The notes beneath the pieces were generated by a model, which did not search any database, was not told the DNA's origin, and saw only the letters and a list, made by a program, of their open reading frames with translations. A program made the position numbers and the translations under genes. From positions 248,001-312,000 of IMG/VR virus record IMGVR_UViG_3300032315_001715: a DNA stretch of 64,000 nt. One strand, given 5' to 3'. Below are positions 36,347 through 45,091 of the stretch, piece by piece (position 1 is the first letter of the stretch; each line of letters starts with the position of its first letter).

Positions 36347-36418
36347 TCACTTCATTCTAGCAACGATGTTGAAGAATTCTTGCTTGAGATGCGGATCTTC
36401 TCGAAACTTACCGCGCAT
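36347..36418 (-). pseudogene. folE: Displaced original 3' end of folE
   Basis: MRGKFREDPHLKQEFFNIVARMK*, 18/23 identical to the current folE end MRGVFREDPSLKQEFFNIVSKMP*. Confidence 0.85.
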
Positions 36419-36429
36419 GCCCAACGCAT

Positions 36430-37284
36430 TCATATTTTTCGTCCTTTTATTGTTCTTCCTCGAATATAACCAGTTGGAGTGGGTTCGTCTATTTTGCAAA
36501 GTAAATTCTTTCCAGTATCTTGATTTGTGAACCATACATGAGTTACCGGTCTACCTTTGATAAAATTAGGAGGCGGGTTTGACTTTTTAGGTATTTGCTT
36601 TTGTTCACCGGTAATCGGATTGTAAAACCATGAAGATGCACATCTATGTGGGTTTCCATGCTTCCAGCCATTTGGAATCATTTCACCGTCTTTAATCAAC
36701 CTACATTCATTAGTAAATGGATTATGCACCCACCTACGTCCCCTATTGAAATCATTGCTTAATCTTACATGCTTAGACGGATCATACTCTAAAGCATGTA
36801 TCATTTGGTGTAGTCCTAGATTTGAATCCAGCACGTGAATTCGACCTCTCAACGGAGATCCTTGGTACTTACGATTTTTATTATTCTGCGATCTTCCATA
36901 CCAAAATCCTGGTATTAACGGTTTATTACTTGCTATCATGGTATCTATAACACCATTTGTGATCCAAGAAAGTGATGGTGCATTTTCAAATACCGAATTA
37001 CATTGATTTAAAAATAACGGATTGATACGAGCATTGACCCGATTGAGAACTGAAATTTCGTATGATTTGGCATCGTCGGCAGTATTAAATATCCGTCTAA
37101 TTTTTGGTTCAAATGAATTGTGACCATATGCCTTTATCAAGGTTCGAACTAACTTTGACGATGTAAAATATCGAATCCATAGATCTTTTGAAATTGTTTC
37201 ATCGGTAAGATGTTTTGCGTATCTGCATCCAATATACCATTGTCCGGTAATCTTAAATCGAAGACTATAAACATACGCAACCAT
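36430..37284 (-). mobile_element. Free-standing GIY-YIG homing endonuclease with repeated C-terminal DNA-binding modules
   Basis: AYVYSL....GQWYIG.R, YFTSSK, E..VL, repeated W.TNG/WVHNP/WFYNP/WFTN..P.GW/F..GR units; TAAATA at 37307-37312 and GAGG RBS. Confidence 0.85.
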
Positions 37285-37335
37285 GAGAACCTCATACCTT
37301 TTAAGGTATTTAGTTCTCATGTCGCTTATCCAGTT

Positions 37336-38007
37336 TTATGGCATCTTAGACACTATGTTGAAAAATTCCTGCTTTAGGCTAGGATCTTCCCTAAACACGC
37401 CTCTCATGACAGATGTGGTCATCGCAGAATCGTGCTCCATAACACCGCGCATGGTCATGCACATGTGCTCAGCTTGTACCAATACTGCAATTCCTTCAGC
37501 TTCTGTTGCTTCCACTATTGCATCGGCAATCTGTACGGACATTTCTTCTTGGATCTGTGGCCGGGCTGAAATCCAATGTACCAAACGGTTAAACTTGCTG
37601 AGCCCGATCACGTTCTTTCCTGGAAAGACTCCGATGTAGCACTTGCCTCTGATACCCTGGAAATGGTGAGCACAGGTGCTGCGTATGCTGATCGGACCGG
37701 TAACATACACCTCATCATATTGATTGGCGTTAGGAAACGCGGTGATCTTTGGCTTTGGTAGGTAGCGGCCGGCAAATGTTTCTAGAACAAACATCTTTGC
37801 CACACGCCTTGCTGTGTCGTGGGTGTTGTGATCGTTGTCCGTGTCAATCACGAGGCTTTCGAGCACGCCCTGCATCTTTCCGGTAACCTCATCGATCAGG
37901 GCATCAAAATCAATGTCCCCAACCGCTTCGCTGATGTTGTCATTGCAGTAAAACCTGCTATCGCTTTCCTTGAGCCGATTACGGATCGTTTCGCTAGGTG
38001 TTGTCAT
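37336..38007 (-). CDS. folE: GTP cyclohydrolase I
   Basis: DTARRVAKM, STCAHHF, GLSKFNRLV..RPQIQE, AEHMCMTMRGV. Confidence 0.95.
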   Translation of the reverse strand: MTTPSETIRNRLKESDSRFYCNDNISEAVGDIDFDALIDEVTGKMQGVLESLVIDTDNDHNTHDTARRVAKMFVLETFAGRYLPKPKITAFPNANQYDEVYVTGPISIRSTCAHHFQGIRGKCYIGVFPGKNVIGLSKFNRLVHWISARPQIQEEMSVQIADAIVEATEAEGIAVLVQAEHMCMTMRGVMEHDSAMTTSVMRGVFREDPSLKQEFFNIVSKMP

Positions 38008-38067
38008 GTTGGTATCCTTTCTATAGGGAGTATAGCTAAAAGCGTGCTGGTAAGCACAAGATCTTTC

Positions 38068-38535
38068 CTAGACGGTTCCGTTTGCACCAGGGACTCGCAT
38101 TGGCTTGCTGTTCGGATATGACGTACTAATGGATGTCATCGTTGCAATGCTTGCCCCGATTGCCCCGGTTGCCCCGGTTGCTCCGATGGTCAACGGTGTG
38201 TAACCACCTGAAGCGCCGCCACCCGTCCATGTGATGGTCGTTGGAGCTAGAGCAATGCTGGCCATTGTCATGGAGTCCGTAAGGGTATCTACCCATAAGC
38301 TCGATGATAGATCAGATACATCATTCTTTAGCTTGGCCTCCACGGGATCCATTCCGGTTTCGACCATCACCGTGATGATCTTTCGCATGCCGTCAAGTTC
38401 TTTCTGCACGGCATGTGCTTTGGCCGTTAGCTCATCCATGGAAGCACGCACGGTTTTCATTTGCCGTGAAATGTCATCCAAGTCCTGTCGTGTTTGCCGA
38501 TATTCTTTAAAGTAGTCTAAAATTGCGTCATTCAT
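38068..38535 (-). CDS. Hypothetical protein (coiled coil plus low-complexity GAT tail)
   Basis: GGAGG RBS; GATGATGAIGA repeat. Confidence 0.55.
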   Translation of the reverse strand: MNDAILDYFKEYRQTRQDLDDISRQMKTVRASMDELTAKAHAVQKELDGMRKIITVMVETGMDPVEAKLKNDVSDLSSSLWVDTLTDSMTMASIALAPTTITWTGGGASGGYTPLTIGATGATGAIGASIATMTSISTSYPNSKPMRVPGANGTV

Positions 38536-39062
38536 AGTGGCGTATCCTCCGAGTATTTTCTCCATGGTGTAAAGACTTTTCGATCCTGTAACGTATGGAG
38601 ATCGTGGCACCAAACACCGGGATTGGTAGCATTGAAATCTTTGTCGTCGATCTTCAATGTGGCATTATAGCCAAGCAATCCAATGTAGGGTATTTTTACC
38701 GAGATCTGTGGAATGAAATTGGTCTTTTCACTGTATCCACCTTCGCACACCCAATCGACGTGCTTGACATCAAAATCAAGGGTCACCATGCAACCAAGAT
38801 CAAGCACGTCGTTGATCATCTTGTCCCAGCTTGCACTTTCAAGACTGGTACCGTCATGCCAATTTCCTGGATTGAAACTTTGATTAGCACCGAGATAGAT
38901 ATGATCACATCCAGATGCTGTAACATGATCTTTGATCGAACCGATATCGTGGATACCGACAACGAATAGTGTTTTCATTGCATATGCCGGTGTATGTTCA
39001 ACCTCAATGCCGGTGAAAAATTCCACGTCATTTCTAATACCAGTATCATATTCACGCTTCAT
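38532..39062 (-). CDS. Conserved hypothetical protein coupled to dpdA
   Basis: FFTGIEVEHTPA..MKTLFVVG, HIY.GAN.SF, LKIDD.DF.ATNPGVWCH; start overlaps the dpdA stop region. Confidence 0.75.
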   Translation of the reverse strand: MKREYDTGIRNDVEFFTGIEVEHTPAYAMKTLFVVGIHDIGSIKDHVTASGCDHIYLGANQSFNPGNWHDGTSLESASWDKMINDVLDLGCMVTLDFDVKHVDWVCEGGYSEKTNFIPQISVKIPYIGLLGYNATLKIDDKDFNATNPGVWCHDLHTLQDRKVFTPWRKYSEDTPL

Positions 39063-40692
39063 CAAAATCCTCCATTTCCATGCTGACGTTGTTATCGGCA
39101 TCCATCCCGGTAATATTACGCAGAAGCTTCTCATGCTTGTTGATGAGATCCATTGGACGCTCCGATGTTAGTATTTCTGGACACAAATCCTTAAACTCAA
39201 GAAGATCGGGAGTAACATGGTTATTCGCTTCTAACAGCGGTTGGTCTTGCCATCGGCAAGCATCCTGTATGGCCCGTATATGCAGCTCAACATTATGATG
39301 CATTGCGATCAAATACGAGAATCCATCCATCGAGCTGGGCCATTTAACCTGGTACTTTTCGTATTCCTTATCAAACGATCCTCCAAAATCAAATAGACCC
39401 CCGTTACCTCGATCGTGTGCGAGGTACTCCTTGTATGCGTCCGTCCATCGAAACTTGTCACCGCATCGACCTTCCGGAGTGGAGGGATACCAATCACTTT
39501 CAATTTCCTTCTTGGAGAATGGTATTTTCTTGTAATCCAAATCGTCGTATCCTCGAACACAGATATCGCCAACCGTGCAACGGCGGCCTATTTCCGTGGG
39601 CATGATCACACCCTTGCGATCATTTGCAATGACCCAATCATTGATCAGCATTTGGCTGTTCTTTAGGGACTTGTCATCCACGATTGAACCGCCCTTGAAA
39701 CGCATGTTGCGATGGCTGTTTTCATATCCATAATACATCTGACCCTTGGCTGTCATCACGAACGGCGATGCTGCATCAAAGCTCAGGGTGATGTTTGGAT
39801 TAATGAACTGCCTGATGTTTCTTTGCAGCGTGGTTAGTGCGCAACCGGCCTTGATCTTGCCATTACCTAGATAATGCAGCCAATCCCTGCCATCAAGATA
39901 TTTGCCGTCTCGCATGATGATCAACCTACGCAGATTGATGGCAAAGTTCGAAGCTTGCACGTTGGAGAATGCCCAGGTTTCAAACGGAAGGTCCTTGACC
40001 GCATCCCACCAAATGTCGCCTTCGGCTTCGTTTCTTCCCTGCAACACGTTGAGGAATTTGGTAGCACCTTCCTTGCGATGCTTGATGAAAAAATCGTAGT
40101 TTTCAAGCGACACGTTCAAACAGTCCCTGAAGGTCTTCATACCAGGATGCAGGCTTTCCCCGGTTACCGGATCGAATCCAAACTTAACCAGACCGTATGT
40201 AGGGACATCGAGCACCATGGAATAATCCGCGGTGTGTTCGAGCCACCGAAGGATTTTCATGCGCATCTTATCCTTGTCCTGCTCCCAGTCCTGATCTGTT
40301 TGCTTGCCTTTTTTGGTCCACGGCCATTTCAACACACCCGTGGCAATTTGGAATCCGCCCGAGTCTCCTAATATAACCGTGTTGGATCTATCCCTCTTTT
40401 GCACCATGCTTTCATAAATGTCACTGTCTGCTGGATCAAGATACGCATGACCAGCTGAGTAAAGTGCCGCCGGATAATACATCAGGCTGTTCTTTTGGTT
40501 TAAAAAGTCCAAATCAATGCGATCGTTATTAAGTCCGTCTGGTAACCGGTCTCGAACGGTGTATTCAGGCATGCTGACGATCTTGGCATAGATCGCACTG
40601 ATGCTTGGAAGGAATACGGCATAGTCCTTTTGTGACTCGGCTAAGTTCAACGCTTGTGGATGCAAGTCTAGTTGTTTGGAAAATAAATTCAT
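39052..40692 (-). CDS. dpdA: DNA 7-deazaguanine transglycosylase (TGT-like, DpdA2 type)
   Basis: LGDSGGFQ, MVLDVP, NVLQG, WLHYLG, SFDAASP TGT-fold motifs within a folE/queD/queE neighbourhood. Confidence 0.85.
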   Translation of the reverse strand: MNLFSKQLDLHPQALNLAESQKDYAVFLPSISAIYAKIVSMPEYTVRDRLPDGLNNDRIDLDFLNQKNSLMYYPAALYSAGHAYLDPADSDIYESMVQKRDRSNTVILGDSGGFQIATGVLKWPWTKKGKQTDQDWEQDKDKMRMKILRWLEHTADYSMVLDVPTYGLVKFGFDPVTGESLHPGMKTFRDCLNVSLENYDFFIKHRKEGATKFLNVLQGRNEAEGDIWWDAVKDLPFETWAFSNVQASNFAINLRRLIIMRDGKYLDGRDWLHYLGNGKIKAGCALTTLQRNIRQFINPNITLSFDAASPFVMTAKGQMYYGYENSHRNMRFKGGSIVDDKSLKNSQMLINDWVIANDRKGVIMPTEIGRRCTVGDICVRGYDDLDYKKIPFSKKEIESDWYPSTPEGRCGDKFRWTDAYKEYLAHDRGNGGLFDFGGSFDKEYEKYQVKWPSSMDGFSYLIAMHHNVELHIRAIQDACRWQDQPLLEANNHVTPDLLEFKDLCPEILTSERPMDLINKHEKLLRNITGMDADNNVSMEMEDFDEA

Positions 40693-40742
40693 GTTTTTCT
40701 ACCTTGTACCTAGTATGATCATCTAGGTGGTCTGAGTCAATT

Positions 40743-41864
40743 TTAAGATAACAAGGCGTTCATCAACGGAGTTGCCCTGATGTATCTATCCAGCATTGCT
40801 AGCTGGCTTAACATGCTAGTTCTGATGAAATTGCTATCAGAATGCTCCATGAGGCTGCGTATCTTTCCCATGAGTTTTTCTCGATTCTGCTCGTAGCTGG
40901 CAAAATCCTTGGTCCATTCTTCTGGATATTTTAACCCGGCATCATACATCTCGGTATAGCTCAGTCGATTTGGTACCAACGGTATTGCGCCGCATATCAA
41001 ACCTTCTATCATGCTGATGCCATACGTTTCCTGCAGATTGGCAGAAAATACCATCTTGCTTTGCCCGAGCATGGTATGATATTCGTGCTTGGATAGCTCG
41101 CGTTCCTGGCATACCACCCATTCATACTCTGGCATGTGGTTAGCAAGATCCTTAAAGATATCAAGTTGCTTCTCTGGAGCAAGACGATGTGGAAACGCGA
41201 TTTGATTCTTCTTTTCCATGGCCGTGTATGGCTCTAGAACGCTCTTTAGATAATCCATCGGCCAGCCGGTGATATCGACCTTGCGATTTACGATCCAATT
41301 GGCCTTAACCTCATCGAACGTCGGAGCAAATGCTTCATTGTAGAATGGTCCCCATAGATTTTCTATGAACATGTCTAAATGAAAATTGGTTGCAAACCAA
41401 TTGGTATCATACGCTGCCATCATGGCTTTTTCGGAATGTCGAACCCAGGGTGCGTTACCGATCAGTCTACCTAGGAAATCCTGTGGATCATAACTACCAG
41501 CATGCCACATACCATGGATTTCAACCGGTATGTTCAATAGTTCGCTCATGTATCGAACCGAAATTACCGATGGATTCCACGCATCGGTAAAGAGGAATCG
41601 ATCACCTGGTTTAACGCGACCATGCTGGAATTCAGCAGCTATAGCACCTAGCTGAGAGCTCTTGTAGATGTTTGTTGCACCAAAATCAAGAAATGCACCG
41701 GGCGTTGGAACCGGTGGTACTTGCTCACCGTCAACGACGATGATATCAATTTTCTTTCCCATGACCGCGGCCTGTTTCTCGAGGGAAACAGGGATATGTT
41801 CATACCATTGCCTGGTATATCTGGTGTCAATCGGTTCAATTGGTACGATATATATTCGTGTCAT
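40743..41864 (-). CDS. GT-B fold glycosyltransferase
   Basis: WHAGSYD, FPHRLAPEKQ, SANLQETYGISMIEG..GAIPLVP..SY.E (GT4-like ExFG/E motif). Confidence 0.8.
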   Translation of the reverse strand: MTRIYIVPIEPIDTRYTRQWYEHIPVSLEKQAAVMGKKIDIIVVDGEQVPPVPTPGAFLDFGATNIYKSSQLGAIAAEFQHGRVKPGDRFLFTDAWNPSVISVRYMSELLNIPVEIHGMWHAGSYDPQDFLGRLIGNAPWVRHSEKAMMAAYDTNWFATNFHLDMFIENLWGPFYNEAFAPTFDEVKANWIVNRKVDITGWPMDYLKSVLEPYTAMEKKNQIAFPHRLAPEKQLDIFKDLANHMPEYEWVVCQERELSKHEYHTMLGQSKMVFSANLQETYGISMIEGLICGAIPLVPNRLSYTEMYDAGLKYPEEWTKDFASYEQNREKLMGKIRSLMEHSDSNFIRTSMLSQLAMLDRYIRATPLMNALLS

Positions 41865-41929
41865 TTCTTATGATACCTTTCCTACGGGCTGACTGTCAAT
41901 GTAAATACACAACGATAGGGAGATAGGCT

Positions 41930-42670
41930 ATGCCTGAATTGATTCAACCACATAATCATGTTTGTAACTGGTGTCACAGACCGGCTAATTTTTTGAGCGT
42001 TAACGCTAAGAAATATCGATGTGTTAGCAGTATAACCAAATGTCCTGGCATTTCTGCTAAGGCTGAAGCAACTCGGAAATCAAGAATGTCAATCGATGAC
42101 AGACGAGATCATATGAAGAGAATGAATCAAAAAGCTAACGAAACTATTAAGAACCTCAGTGAAGATCCACAATGGAAAGAACGTAGATCATCAAAAATTT
42201 CAGAAGCGGTTAAGCTACGCGGCGGTCACATTGGTAAAAATAATCCAATGTATGGAAAGAAACATTCATCTGGAACCATTGATAAGTTAAAGGCCGCGGC
42301 ATCATCTAGAGATCATATCGCATATGAAAAAGCCACTAACACAAAGATATCAAACGGCAACGCAATTTCAAAGGATCTAAAATCAGCATATGAGCTCTAC
42401 GAAGAAGAGGTTGACCAAATTACTAGAAATTCTTGGATCAAACATCAATCATTAATCAATCCAAATGGATATACTAGAGGTAGCGATTATGAACTAGATC
42501 ACAAATATAGTAAGCATAATGGATTTATACATGGAGTTGATCCAACGGTGATAGGACATCATGCTAACCTAGCTTTGATTGCAAAATCATCTAATCGATC
42601 AAAAAGGATAAGATGTTCTATCACCTTAGATGAACTTCACTCTCTTATCGAGAGTGCTCCCACTTCATGA
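41930..42670 (+). mobile_element. Free-standing HNH-type homing endonuclease with NUMOD3, antisense in the dpd cluster
   Basis: N-terminal CxxC..C..C, GKNNPMYGKKHS (NUMOD3), YELDHKYS..G..NL..N.SK; AT-rich; TAAATA at 41902-41907. Confidence 0.75.
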
Positions 42671-43037
42671 GTGCTCCGTTTTCGTCGTCTTCAGACACAT
42701 CGATCCATACGTCTCTATTTGGCCACTTAGCCGATATCTTTTCATATAGATCTTCAGCTATCATTTCGCAGCTACGATAGTCTAGTTGCAATACCTTATC
42801 AGAATACAATTTCTCGAGGTATCGTTTTGCCTGAATAAATTCCACATCTCGATCATTATGCTCGACACTGATCCATACCTTGAAATGAAACATATGACGA
42901 TGGGGATAACCAAGATAGCTGACATCATATTCGTCGCCAGTTGCCAACGCAGGATCGGTCAATGCCACTGGATACTTGTGGATGCCTTCCTTGCTAAATT
43001 TCACATACACCATACGGCTGGTAGGTTCAATAGACAT
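42645..43037 (-). CDS. dpdL: QueD-paralogous T-fold protein, DpdL-like (putative CDG decarboxylase)
   Basis: YLGYPHRHMFHF (LxxxHRHxF), DVEFIQ, SCEMIAEDL, VSEDDENG. Confidence 0.65.
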   Translation of the reverse strand: MSIEPTSRMVYVKFSKEGIHKYPVALTDPALATGDEYDVSYLGYPHRHMFHFKVWISVEHNDRDVEFIQAKRYLEKLYSDKVLQLDYRSCEMIAEDLYEKISAKWPNRDVWIDVSEDDENGALMKWEHSR

Positions 43038-43095
43038 CTATAATGCTCCTTATCGTGTTTAATGATGATAGAGTATCATAGCTGAGGTTATCAAC

Positions 43096-44103
43096 TTACT
43101 TGTTGGCACGCACCGAAACTAGATTTTTTTCAAAGATATCAGTGCAGGCTTTCCATGTGAAACGCCTGCTGCTTTCCTCCACCATCTTTCGATCAAGATT
43201 TAAGCACACGTTTATGGCTTCGGAAAGATCGTCAGCTATACACCCGTCCACTCCGGGTGTGATGATATCGATCGGACCTGTTACCGGATATGCTGCTACC
43301 GGGGTGCCACATGCCATGCTTTCAAGCATCACCACGCCGAATGTGTCGGATCGGCTGGGAAATACAAACACGTCTGCATTGGCATAATATCGCGCTAGGC
43401 TGGCCCCTTTTTTATAACCAGCGAATATAACATCGGGATATTTAGATTTAAGAGTTTCAAGATACGGACCATCACCTACTAGTATCTTTGTTCCCGGTGT
43501 TTTGATCGAGCAAAAGTCATCAAGTCCTTTTTCGGGACTAGCGCGGCTAACACAAAGTAGAACCGGTTTTCCAGCAAGATTTGTTTTGCGCTGATCCGTG
43601 TTAAAAGTGTTATGATCGACGCCTCGGCTCCATATCACAAGATTGTTGAATCCTTTGCTGCGTAGCTCTTGTTCCATGGTAGCAGTTGTTACTAAAACTC
43701 GATGACTGAACTTGTGGAAGACTCGCATGAAAAAATAGCCCACCCTGACTGGTATTCCGTGGTGTATCTTGAGATATTCGGGAAACTTGGTGTGATAGCT
43801 GGTATTGTGCGGTATCTTCCTGTGCCTGACCTTGCAATACCACCTTGCGGCGATACCTAGTGGCCCTTCAGTGGCTATGTGTATGAAGTCAGGATTAAAA
43901 TTCTCTATCAATCTGCCAATTTTCCAAATATCCCATGATAATCTAACCTCAGGATATCCTGGCATCGGAATGGTACGGAAAAGTCCCGGTTCTATGACCT
44001 GTACCTCATATCCGCGTTGTTGCATTTCTAATACAGTGGCCCGCAAGGTAGTGACCACCCCGTTTACGTTATCCCAGGTGTCTGTTACCACTGTTAGTTT
44101 CAT
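43096..44103 (-). CDS. GT4 glycosyltransferase, Agt-like (glycosyl-diacylglycerol synthase)
   Basis: VTDTW.NVNGVVTTL, HIATEGPLG..AR, TSYHTKFPEY, WSRGVD, EKGLDDF, FVFPSRSDTFGVVMLESMACGTPVAAYPVTGP. Confidence 0.8.
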   Translation of the reverse strand: MKLTVVTDTWDNVNGVVTTLRATVLEMQQRGYEVQVIEPGLFRTIPMPGYPEVRLSWDIWKIGRLIENFNPDFIHIATEGPLGIAARWYCKVRHRKIPHNTSYHTKFPEYLKIHHGIPVRVGYFFMRVFHKFSHRVLVTTATMEQELRSKGFNNLVIWSRGVDHNTFNTDQRKTNLAGKPVLLCVSRASPEKGLDDFCSIKTPGTKILVGDGPYLETLKSKYPDVIFAGYKKGASLARYYANADVFVFPSRSDTFGVVMLESMACGTPVAAYPVTGPIDIITPGVDGCIADDLSEAINVCLNLDRKMVEESSRRFTWKACTDIFEKNLVSVRANK

Positions 44104-44876
44104 TTGTATGTTTCATAGATCTTCATTGATCCGTCCTCTTCCAACAATAATAGCTGAAATTCGCCATCATGCGTTTCGACAAGAACCGAGCATGTTTCTA
44201 CCCAATCGCCGTCGTTGGCATAAATCACGCCATTTATTGCTTTTATGGCAGGAGTATGTATGTGTCCGCATATGACACCGTGGAATCCATTGCTCTTGGC
44301 ATGTGCAGCCAAATGTTCTTCAAATTTGTAAATGAAATTAAGTGCTTGCTTGGTTCTACCTTTGACATATTTGCTGAGGCTCCAATAACCAAGACCAACT
44401 AGTTTTCTCATACGATGTATTAGACCGTTGCACATCAACAGGGCAGTATATGCACGATCACCTAGAATGCTCACCCATTTCCAATGCCGTGTTACCTGAT
44501 CGAATAGATCACCGTGTGTGACAAGCCATTTTCTACCATGTAAATCAACATGTGTGATTTGATTTGATATGGTGATATTTCCGGTCTTAAGACCATGCTT
44601 CAACCACGGACGAAGGAACTCGTCATGGTTTCCGATGATGTAGTGGATCTTTGTGCCTCTCTTGGCTTTGGTTAGAAGCCGGCGAACAACATTGCTGTGT
44701 TCTTGCGGCCAATGCCACCCCCTTGAGAGCTTCCACCCGTCGACGATATCCCCAACAAGATATAATGTATCCGAATTGTTGTTCTTGAGGAAGTTGCAAA
44801 GCTGGTCGGCTTTGCAACCTTTCGTACCAAGATGTATGTCTGATATCCAGATTGATCTATATTGCATTTTTCCCAT
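44100..44876 (-). CDS. plcP: PlcP-type metallophosphoesterase (phospholipase C; LpxH-like family)
   Basis: ISDIHLG, LYLVGDIVDGW, WPQ.H..VVR.LL.KA..GT, GNHDEFLR, HGDLFD, LGD.AY, YWSLS, GVICGHIH, NDGDWVETC. Confidence 0.8.
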   Translation of the reverse strand: MGKMQYRSIWISDIHLGTKGCKADQLCNFLKNNNSDTLYLVGDIVDGWKLSRGWHWPQEHSNVVRRLLTKAKRGTKIHYIIGNHDEFLRPWLKHGLKTGNITISNQITHVDLHGRKWLVTHGDLFDQVTRHWKWVSILGDRAYTALLMCNGLIHRMRKLVGLGYWSLSKYVKGRTKQALNFIYKFEEHLAAHAKSNGFHGVICGHIHTPAIKAINGVIYANDGDWVETCSVLVETHDGEFQLLLLEEDGSMKIYETYK

Positions 44877-44977
44877 CCAACAGCGGTCTTGATTATGTCA
44901 ACAACAATCATACCTATCATTGACGCAGAGAGATCGGTATATTTGCACCATTGAATGCTTATTGCAGTTTGGATGGT

Positions 44978-45009
44978 AAAAACGCCTGCCGATATAGCAG
45001 GCGTTTTTT
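44978..45009. terminator. Bidirectional intrinsic terminator
   Basis: AAAAACGCCTGC-cgatata-GCAGGCGTTTTTT. Confidence 0.85.
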
Positions 45010-45091
45010 AGACTACCAAATATAACGTCTAATATACTCTCGCCCATGCGTGTTATTTAGGCTTGGGCGATGGGAATAAACCTGTGGTTAA

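Noticed and set aside
38150-38190. Collagen-like repeat in 38068..38535
   Set aside because: Only about four Gly-X-Y triplets (GATGATGAIGA), too short to call a collagen domain.
44881-44940. Pho box upstream of plcP
   Set aside because: The TCA(T/A) repeats are spaced 10 and 9 nt rather than 11 and match CTGTCAT poorly, so PhoB control is unsupported.
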